NCBI RefSeq assembly: GCF_009914755.1
Contig: NC_060928.1
DNA length: 64,000 nt
DNA from: the human T2T-CHM13v2.0 reference genome, Homo sapiens
Strand: one strand, 5' to 3'
A model generated the notes under the pieces. That model had not been told where the DNA came from. It did not search any database and saw only the letters and a program-made list of their open reading frames with translations. Positions 46,489 through 56,528 of this stretch are shown one piece after another (the stretch's first letter is position 1; each line of letters begins with the position of its first letter). The position numbers and the translations under genes were made by a program.

Positions 46489-47879
46489 TAGTTCATTGAA
46501 TTGTGACTGCTATATGGAACTCCATACTAGATATCCACCATCATTTACTTATCTATCCTCTTGGTGATGAACAAGTTCCTTCCAACTCTCTGCCACCACA
46601 AATGATACACCAAAAAATGCTCTCCTATGTGATACGTTACAGTCCCATTCTAGAGTGTCTCTGGGGCCAATGGCTAGGAAAGAGATCGTGGGTCAGATGG
46701 AATGTGCATTATTTCCCATTTCACTAAGAAATGCAGGATTGCTCACCAGAATGGCTGCACCAGCTCACACTCGCACCAGCAGCGGATGAAGGTTTCACAT
46801 TCCCCAGGAAATATTCTAAACAGGACAAAGCACAGCAGGTCTATTACCTCCTATGATCTCTCCATAATTCTATTCATGCAAACTAAGGAGGCCTTCCCTT
46901 CTTAGCAGCACCAGCTGCCTGATGGCTCACTGAACTTGTGGCCGGCTAAATCCCCTGGCTTTTTTCACATGAACGGTTGCTTATACCTGTGGAATTAATT
47001 GGCGCGGGGTGGGGGGCCGTTTAGACAGTTTAGAATGCAAAATGAAATCAAAAGCTGTGGTTCAACCTACGCTTCAAATGCTCTCACCCAATTTAATTAA
47101 TTTAACTCATGATTTTTCTCCCTTATTGCTCCCATTCAGCTGCTATATGATTGATCAGACTTCAGAACTAGGTAGATCTGAGTTCAACTCCCACCTCTGC
47201 CTCTTACTAATTCTGTGACCTTGGAAAAATTATTTATTCACTCTAAATTTTTGTTGCTTTGATTTCCTTGGAAATAATAACATTGACTTCATAGTAACGT
47301 GAAGTAAGTGTAATGAAGATTACTTGAGATGCATGTTATAAAATACCCGACATATAGCAGCCCCTTAGCATGCTCGTTCCCTTCTCCTGACTGTTTTCCT
47401 TTCCTGCCTAGACCTCAAAAGGAAAAAAAACACCCAATTTATTCCAGATAAGTCTAGACCCCTGATTCCCACAATAAAATCTACCTGTCTCCTTTCATAT
47501 TCTGAACTTTCTGCTCTCTGGCACAAAACATATCAACTGATCTAAGATAATGCAGTGAGAAATCACAGTGGATCAAGGTGTTCCTCTTCCAGGTGACATT
47601 TGGAACTTTACAGAAGTTTCCCAGACTCTCAATGCCTTAATGCTTGTGGGATCAAAGGTTTGACATTGGCACAATGTGGCTGTGATATGCATCAGTAGGA
47701 GTGGCAGAGATGTGGGCATCAGACTGAGGAGCCACCCTAGTCCAATGGGACCATAGTGGTGAAAAGCTTTGCGGGGTGTGGGGGGACCCAGAGGCTTTAG
47801 CACCTGACATTGCTGCACACAGCTCCAGCCACATGTTTGCAATCACGCACAAGGTCCCCCTGCACATTATCAGAAATCA

Positions 47880-48385
47880 CTGAGGCGAAGATTGAGGTGT
47901 GCAGCAAATCATTTTTTATCCCCTTCTTCCCACTCCCATCAGCCCACCTGATTTTAGCTCTGCTATGGTGGGCAGTTCTGCTTCTGAGTGCAGTGCCAGA
48001 TTCCCAAACTCAAGCTTCTACCAAAGACTCTCCAGCTTTTCTGCTCAGGGACTGTCTCCAAAACCAGGGAAAGCCACTGAGATGGCATATAGCCACACCC
48101 TGGAAAAGAAAGAGAATTAATACCCCCAGACGCTACCATCAACCAACAGAGTACAAGAGTCCATAGATAAGTGCCCCAGCTTTCTGTCATTGGAAGAATA
48201 ATTCTGAGATGCCTTTTCCAACATTCTTCAAAATATCCCCAGTGGGACGGAGCCCCATTTTTTCACTGAAACAACCAGCTCAATAAAGCAACTTTATTGG
48301 ATTTTCTCCCTTCCCTGTCTCATCCTCCCTACTTTCTCGCTGCTTCCTGGGATGGTCTCCCCAAAACTACCTGCACCCTTGTCTG
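47880..48385 (+). mobile_element. LTR16-like ERVL LTR
   Basis: gataagtgccccagctttc...aattctgagatgc...tttattggattttctcccttccctgtctca...gcttcctgggat...aaactacctgcaccc. Confidence 0.65.
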
Positions 48386-49539
48386 TATCCTAGATTGTCT
48401 CTGGAGATACTGATGGCAGTGGAAGGGGGTTGTTCCTGTTAATATAACACTGCTTTATCTTCAGACAGATATGGCCTGAGAGATGTAGAAACTTCTTGAA
48501 TGTTACTGGAGACACTTGGTTATTTTCTAACTCCCTTTCTACTGCCAATAGAATAAATTGTTCTTTCTTCTGTGATATTTAGTGTCTTATACGAGCTTTT
48601 ATTACATCACTTCTAACATTGCAACATAATTATTTGTTAAACATATGTCTCCCTCTAGATTTTGAAAATCTATGTCTGATTCAATTTTGTATCTTTTCTG
48701 CCAATACTTCAATAAGTATTGGTGAATTAATAAATTCCCAAAGGGAGTGAAGGAGTTTCCAGTTCAATCTGATAGGCTGAGAATATTTATTTCCTCTCCC
48801 TCCTGGGCTCTATTAAAATGATAGGGGGAGAAAAGCATTCAAATGATGTAAAACTCACAATAACTAAAGAACGCTTCTGGGATCATGAGTACTCAAGAGA
48901 GTTCAGCAAATTCGTGGAAGATGAAAAATACATGAAAGTCTGGTAATGGGTAAATGAGAAAAAAGCTTACAATGTACACTTCTCCAGGGATGGGATCCGT
49001 CTATCTAGAGGAATTCCAATGAGACTCTGAAATCAAAGACGGCAGGTGTCAGGGAGATGGAAGTGAGAAGTGTCAGTGAAAGTGGGCTATAACCAAAGAT
49101 CTAGATACAGAACAAGTACATCCTGCTCTTCTCCTACCCCTTCGCAAAAAAACTGCCTATAGAGTAGGCATTTAATCCAGGAAAAACTCAGAAGGTTCTT
49201 GTTCAAGGAAATTGAACATAATGTCAGAAAAGTAAGGTGACTGAGACAAGTATTAGTGCTCCAGAAAAAAGTCTTCCCAAATCTAGCATCTACCCTCCTC
49301 TCCTGTGTTGGCTTAGCTCTCTAGCGACTCACACTAAAGCAAAGTCTGCCTGTCAAGAAGCCATACTAATATAAAAGGAGCTCCTAAACAACCCTTCTGT
49401 CCACATGCGTGAGAAAACCTGCAACATGAAAGTGAAATATTAAGACAGAGAGCTAGAGAGTGAGAAAGAGAAAAAAAGAAGAGAAAGAGGAGGGAGGAGC
49501 AGAAGGAGGAAGAGGAGGGGAAGAGGAAAAGACCCTTTT

Positions 49540-50140
49540 TAAAATGTTGACAGATTATAGAGTTGAGAAGATTGTCTTTAAACAAAAACAAGATGGTGGT
49601 TTAATGAAAAAAAAAAAGAAAAAATCATATAATCAGGGAAGCAGTAGAATCCAAAGCTAAAAATATAATTGTCATTATAAAAAGTTTAATGGAAGAGTTG
49701 GGAGGTGAAGTTGAAGAAAACTCTCAAAAGGTATACAAATATACATATGCATGTGGACACACACACACACTCATACGAAAATAGGAAATATGAAGACGAT
49801 CAAGCCGATATATTCTAATACAAACTAATACAAGCTTCAGGGACAAAAACAGAGAATACGCATGGGAGATAATCATTAAATAACTAATTGAAGAGAACCA
49901 CCTGTAAGTCAAGAAAGATGCGAGTCTTCAGAATGAAAGGACTAGCATGTTCTGAGTAGGATAAATTTAAAAAGACTGCCAACTAGATGTATGCACATAA
50001 AATCTTAAAACAATAAAGATAAAAAATATTTAAAGAGGAAAAAGCAGGTCATCTATAAAGGAATGAGAATCAAATCAGCATCAGATTTCTCATCAGCAGC
50101 ACTGGATACTAGAAAACAATACAACAAAGCCTTCAAATTT
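49540..50140 (+). mobile_element. Very old L1 ORF1-like / HAL1 remnant, left part
   Basis: caggtcatctataaaggaatgagaatcaaatcagcatcagatttctcatcagcagcactggatactagaaaacaat reads as a decayed ORF1 motif (YKG..I...SDFS...L..R.Q); continues at 59936. Confidence 0.65.
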
Positions 50141-50885
50141 CTTTTTTGTTGTTCTTACATAGAAACTTATTAAACTTATTCGGGGTTAATTTAGTTTAAC
50201 AATCATTCGATTTGTCAACCTTAGGAGTTACATGATTAAAAATATTAGTAACAAAAAAATCCAATGCGATGATAAGGTAGCAAATGTAAATTATCTAAAA
50301 GTCAGTACATGTGGATTCTTTTAACCAGCTTTATTAAGGTATAATTGACAAATAAGAATTGTATATATTTAAGGTGTATAACATGATGTTTGATATTCAT
50401 ATACATTGTGAAATGACCACAATGAAGCTGACTAACATATCCATCACCACACAGTCACCATTTTGATTTTTTGTGGTGAGAACATTTTACTGTTTAAATG
50501 CTAAGATCTATTCTCTTAGCAAATTTCAAGTATACAATACAATATTATTAGCTATAATACCATGCTGTACATTAGATCTCCAGAATGTATTTATTCTGAA
50601 TAACTGAAACGATGTGCCCTTTAAACAATGTCTCCCACTTTCTCCACCCTAAGCCCCTAGTAACCATCATTCTATGCTCTGCTTTTATGAGTTCAAATTT
50701 TTTAGACTCCGTATATGAGATCATGCAGTATTTGTCATTCTGTATGTGGCTTGTATCACTTAACAACGTTCTTCAGGTTTATTCGTGTTGTCACAAATGG
50801 CAAGATTGTCTTCTTTTTAAGACTGAATATTTTATATATACAAAAATTATATATAATATATAATTATATAAATATATGTTAAATA

Positions 50886-51018
50886 TATTATATAAATATT
50901 GAATTATATATATAATTATATAAATATTGAATTATATATAATTATATAAATATTGAATTATATATAATTATATAAATATTGAATTATATATAATTATATA
51001 AATATTGAATTATATATA
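50886..51018. repeat. AT-rich minisatellite, 26-bp unit, about five copies
   Basis: aattatataaatattgaattatatat repeated in tandem. Confidence 0.88.
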
Positions 51019-51090
51019 AGTATACATTTATATAATTATATAAATATATTATAATTATATATAATTAAATATACTATGTTATATTTTTAT

Positions 51091-51597
51091 GGAAATGAAA
51101 TAAGTTTCTTGATGAGATATCTGCATTATCATATTCATTGAAGCATTGGTCAATATCGCCAACATATGGAAACAACCCATCTCTTGATGAACGAAGAAAA
51201 CATTATATATAGTAGATTATATGTATTTATATATTTACACAATATATAATAATTATATATTTATATAAGTATATATAATCATAATATATTTATATTATGT
51301 AATTAATAAGTATATTAATTAATATACTTATAATTCATTATATTAATTTATACTTATATAAATTAATTTCTATAAATATATTAAATATGTTAATTAATAT
51401 ATAATTATATATGTTATATCTAATATATAAATATATAATCTATATATAATTATGTAATCTATTCTATATATAATGTTTTCTTTATCCATTCATCCATCAA
51501 CAGCCACTTACCTTGTTTCCATATCTTGGCTCTATTGAATAATGTTGCAACGAACATGAGAATGCAGATATCTCATTAAGAAACTGATTTCTTTTCC
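51091..51597. repeat. Long imperfect inverted repeat with AT-rich core
   Basis: 51091-51217 is the diverged reverse complement of 51456-51597; perfect 26-bp palindrome ataagtatattaattaatatacttat at 51306-51331. Confidence 0.85.
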
Positions 51598-52080
51598 TTT
51601 GGATATATATCCAGAAGTGGGATTACTAGATCACATGGTAGTTTTATTTCTAAATTTTTAAGGAACTTCCGTATTGCTTTCCATAATAGTTGTAACGATT
51701 TACATTCCCACCAAGAGTATACAAGGGTTCTCCTCTTATCTACATCCTCGCCAATCTTTTGTCTTTTTTGTAATACTCATTCTAACAGGTGTGAAGTGAT
51801 ATCTCATTTAGTTTTGATGTCCATTTCTCTGATGATTAATGATGTTGAGCACCCATTCATATACCTGTTGGTTATTTGTGTGTCTTCTGAGAAACGTCTA
51901 TTCAGGTCCTTTGCCCATTTTTCAATTGGGTCATTTGGATTTTGCTATTGAATTGCTTGAGTTTCTTATATACTTTGAATACTAACCCCTTATCAGATGA
52001 ATATCCAAATCCATAGGTTGTCTCTTCACTCTATTGATACTTTTCTTCGCTATACAGAAGCTTTTTAGTTTGATGCAATT

Positions 52081-52688
52081 AAGTTGATGGCTGATGTGAT
52101 ATCTCGATTCTTGTCTTCTTAGTTTAAACATATTTAAACAAGAGACATACAGCAAAGGAGAAGCAGCACAGAGTAATTGTACTGCAAAGGAAAAATAATA
52201 TTTTGAAAGTTAGGTGCAGAATAGGCAGTACACCCTGAGAGAGAGAGAATTTCAGGGTGGACTGCTTGTAAGAATGATATAGCAAAGACTGGCTCTAAGG
52301 AGACTCCCTTTATGGGGGTCTTACATGATTATTTATAAGGAGGTGGAAAGAGGGTTACTAGTAAGCACGTTCTGGGTGGTCCTCTGGGTGCACATGTGCA
52401 GTAGCTGTACATACTTGTTCATACATCACATGTCTTATTAGCATCTTAAATCTCCACCCAGGGGTGTGTTTTTTACTATTATAATGAGCAAAGGGTAAGT
52501 TTGAGAACAGGTAAAATCAAAATGCACCATGCTCTCTAGAGGGGAAAGTCCCTACTGAAGATAGCTTTGCCCGAATGAACTCAATTGCAATGTGAATGCT
52601 GATGCTGAGGTTTATTGTGTTGACTTATTGTGTTGACTGCAGGGTCACCAAGAACTTGGTCACTTCCTTGACTACCAATTCCGCCTCA
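52081..52688 (-). mobile_element. ERV1-class solo LTR (MER4-group; family not resolved)
   Basis: Interrupts L1 at gatgcaatt|ccacttg; minus strand begins tgaggcggaattggtagtcaaggaagtgacc; contains ttgttcatac..cacatgtcttattagcatcttaaatctccaccca, typical of MER4-group LTRs. Confidence 0.75.
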
Positions 52689-52950
52689 ATTCCACTTGTT
52701 TATTTTTACTTTTATTGCCTGTGCATTTGGGTTCATAGCAAAAAAAAAAAAAAATCATTGCCCAAAGCAATGTCATGGGGCCTTTTCTCTGTTTTCTTCT
52801 AATAGGTTTACCATTTCAGGTCTTATGTTCAAGTCTTTAAACCATTTTGAGTTGATTTTTGTATACCGTGTGAGATAAGGTTCTAAATTCATTCTTCTGC
52901 TGATCTCTTCAATAAATGGTGCATTTTGCAGCGCCATTTATTGAAGAGAT

Positions 52951-53615
52951 CAGCAAAGCCATGCAGAGGGTGGAGGTGGCTGCCTGAGGCCTTGGGGGCC
53001 CAAACCCACCACAGTGTGTCCAGGAAGTGCCATATGGAGTCAAAAGAGATTATTCTCTAGCTTTAAAATGTAATGTCTGCCCTGCTAGGTTTCCGACTTG
53101 CCTGGAGTCTGTTACTCCTTTCTTTTGCCTATTTCTCCCTTTTAGAATGGGAATGTCTGTTTTATGCCTGCACCATTACTGTGTCTTAGAAGTAGATAAG
53201 CTGTTTTGATTTCACAGGCTCACAGGTGAGACTCTGGACTTGGGACTTCAGATTTGATGCTGCACTGAGTTAAGACTTTGGAGCTGTGAGGTTGGAATAA
53301 ATGTATTCATTGAGGCACTGCCCTCATGAATGGATTAATCCATTTGTGGATTAATGGATTATCATGGGAGTGGGACTGGTGGGTTTATAAGAAGAAGAAG
53401 AGAGACCTGAGCTAGCCCACTCAGCTCCTCACCATGTGATACCCTGAGCCACCTCAACACTCAAGACTCCCCACTAGCAAGAAGATCCTCACTAGATGCA
53501 GCCCCTCAGCCTTGGACTTCTCAGCCTCCATAACTATAAGAAATAGATTACTTTTCTTTATAAATTACTCAGTTGCAGGTATTCTGATATAAGCAATAGA
53601 AAACAAACTAGGACA
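52951..53615 (+). mobile_element. MaLR MST (MSTB/C-like): end of internal region plus partial LTR
   Basis: gagactctggacttggg...gagttaagactttgg (MaLR-int end); gccctcatgaatggattaatcc ... cttggacttctcagcctccataactataagaaata...aacaaactaggaca (LTR end). Confidence 0.82.
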
Positions 53616-54417
53616 GATTATGTTATCTGCAAACAAAAACAATTTCACTTCTTCCTTTCCAATTTGGATGACTTTTCTTTATTTTCTTGCCTAATTGCTC
53701 TGACTAGGATTTTCAGCACTATGTTAAATAGAAGTGATGTGAGTGGGCACCCTTGTCTTGTTCCTGATCTTAGGGGAAAAGCTTTCAGCTTTTCACAGTT
53801 GAGTATGACGTTAGCTGCAGGTTTGTCTTATATGGCCTTTATTATGTTGAGGTAAATTCCTTCTATGCCTAATTTGTTAAGAGTTTTCATCATGAAAGTA
53901 TGTTGAATCTTGTCGAATAGTTTTTCTAGAGAAATGATTTTGTGATTTTTTTTCATTATTCCATTGATGTGGTGTATTGCATTTATTGATTTGAGTATGT
54001 TGAATCGTCCTTGCATCCCAGGGATAAATGCCACTTGATCATGATGTATGATCCTCTTAATGTGCTGTTGAATTCAGCTTGCTAGTGTTTCGTTGAGGAC
54101 TTCTGCATCTAAGTTCATCAGGGACATTGACCTGAAATTTTTTCTTGTGTTTCCTTGTCTGGTTTCGGTATCAGGATAATTCTGGCCTTGTAAAATCAGT
54201 TTGGAAGTGTTCTCTCCTTTTCAGTTTTTTGGAAAGGTTTGGGAAGGATTGGTATTAATTCCCTTTTTAAATGTTTGGTAGAATTTACCAGGGTAATCAT
54301 CTAATCTTGGGCTTTTCTTTGTTGGGAGGTTTTTGACTACTGATTCAATCTCTTTACTCATTATTGGTCTGTTCAGATTTTCCATTTCTTCATAATTCAG
54401 TCTTAGTAGATCATATG

Positions 54418-55918
54418 TGTTGTGGGAAGTCAGGGACCCCAAACGGAGGGACCAGCTGAAGCTTTCATGCGAGTCCGTGTGAAGAGACCACCAAACAGGC
54501 TTTGTGTGAGCAGTAAAGCTTCTAATCACCTGGGTGCAGGCGGGCTGAGTCCTAAAAGAGAGTCAGTGAAGGGAGATAAGGGTGGGGCCGTTTTATAGGA
54601 TTTGGGTAGGTAAAGGAAAATTACAGTCAAAGGGGGTTTGTTCTCTGGCGGGCAGGAGTGGGGGTCACAAGGTGCTCAGTGGGGATGCTTTTTGAGCCAG
54701 GATGAGCCAGGAAAAGGACTTTCACAAGGTAATGTCATCGGTTCAGGCAAGGACCGGCCATTTACACTTCTTTTGTGGTGGAATGTCATCAGTTAAGGTG
54801 GGGCAGGGCATATTCACTTCTTTTGTGATTCGTCAGTTACTTCAGGCCATCTGGGCATATATGTGCAAGTCACAGGGGATGCGATGGCTTGGCTTGGGCT
54901 CAGAGGCCTGACAGAAGCCATAACAGAAGAACGTGGACTGTGAAGATTTTATGGACATGTATTAGTTCCCCAAATTTATACTTTTGTAATTTCTTATGCC
55001 TGTCTTTACTGCAATCTCTAAACATAAATTGTAAAGATTTCATGGACACTTATCACTTCCCCAATCAATACCCTTGTGATTTCCTGTGCCTGTCAGCCGA
55101 GGAGGATGTATGTCACCTCAGGACTATGTGATAATTGCATTAACTGCACACAAATTGTACAGCATGTGTGTTTGTGCAATATGAAATCTGAGCACCTTGA
55201 AAAAAGAACAGGATAACAGCAATTGTTCGGGGAATAAGAAAGATAACCTTAAACTCTGACCGCCAGTGAGCCGGGCAGAACAGAGCCATATTTCTCTTCT
55301 TTCAAAAGCAAATGGGAGAAATATCGCTGAATTCTTCTTCTCAGCATGGAACAACCCTGAGAAAGAGAATGCGCACCTAGGGGTAGGTCTCTGAACTGGC
55401 CCCCCAGGGGCATACCTGTCTCTTATGGTCGAGATTGCAGAGATGAGATAGACTCCAGTCTCCCATAGCGCTCCCAGGCTTATTAGGAAGAGGAAATTCC
55501 CTCCTAATAAATTTTGGTCAGACCGGTTGATCTCAAATCCTTGTCTCCTGATAAGATGATATCAATGACAATGGTGCCCGAAACTTCATTAGCAATTTTA
55601 ATTTTGCTTCAGTCCTGTGGTGTGATCTCGCCCTGCCTCCACTTGCCTTGTGATATTCTATTACCCTGTTAAGTACTTGATGTCTGTCACCCACACCTAT
55701 TTGCCCACTCCCTCCCCTTTTGAAAATCCCAAATAAAAACTTGCTGGTTTTTGTGGCTTGTGGGGCATCACGGATCCTACCAACGTGTGATGTCTTCCCC
55801 GGACGCCCAGCTTTAAAATTTCTCTCTTTTGTACTCTGTCCCTTTATTTCTCAAGCCAGCCAATGCTTAGGGAAACTAGAAAAGAACCTACATGATTTTC
55901 AGGGCAGGTTCCCGGATA
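54418..55918 (+). mobile_element. MER11 (HERVK11/HML-8) solo LTR, interrupted by LTR7
   Basis: Starts tgttgtgggaagtcagggaccccaaacggagggaccagctgaagc, resumes cataacagaagaacgtggactgtgaagatttt, ends agggcaggttcccggata. Confidence 0.92.
54463..54913 (-). mobile_element. LTR7 (HERV-H) solo LTR
   Basis: Minus strand TGTCAGGCCTCTGAGCCCAAGCCAAGCCATCGCATCCCCTGTGAC ... CTTCACACGGACTCGCATGAAA, 451 bp; 5-bp TSD gaagc at 54458-54462 and 54914-54918. Confidence 0.96.
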
Positions 55919-56232
55919 CGTTGTTTCTAGGATTTTTATTTTACTTATTTCTTCTAGGTTATCCTATTAATTGGGATGTAATTGTTTATAGTAGTCTCTT
56001 ATGCTCTTTTCTATTTCTGTGTTATCCATTATAATGTCTCCTGTTTCATTCATTGTTTTATTTATTTGAATCTTCTCTTGCTTTTATTTGGTTGGCCTAA
56101 ATAAAGATTTGTCAATTTTGTTTATCTTTTCAAAAAACCAACTCTGTTTCATTGATGTTTTCTGTTGTTTTTCTAGTCTGTATTTCATTTTTTTCTTCTC
56201 TAATCATTATTATTTCCTTCTTTCTGCTAACC

Positions 56233-56528
56233 TTTTTTTTTTTTTTAAAAAAGACAGAGTCTTGCTCTGTCACCCAGGCTGGAGTGCAGTGCACGATCTC
56301 AGCTCACTGAAACCTCCACCTCCCAGGTTGAAGCGATTCTCCTGCCTCAGCCTCCTGAGTAGCTGGGATTACATGTGCCACCACACTAGGCTAATTTTTG
56401 TGTTTTTAGCAGAGATGGGGTTTCACCATGTTGGCCGGGCTGGTCTTGAACTCCTGGCCTCAAGTTATCTGCCTGCCTCCAGCCTCCCAAAGTGCTGGGA
56501 TTACAGACATGAGCCACCACGCCCAGCC
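56233..56528 (-). mobile_element. Alu (old AluS-like)
   Basis: Antisense dimer in L1 ORF2; TSD tttctgctaac on both sides. Confidence 0.92.

Noticed and set aside
49460-49660. Charged K/E/G-rich ORF
   Set aside because: Translation of a GA-rich low-complexity tract and an A-run.
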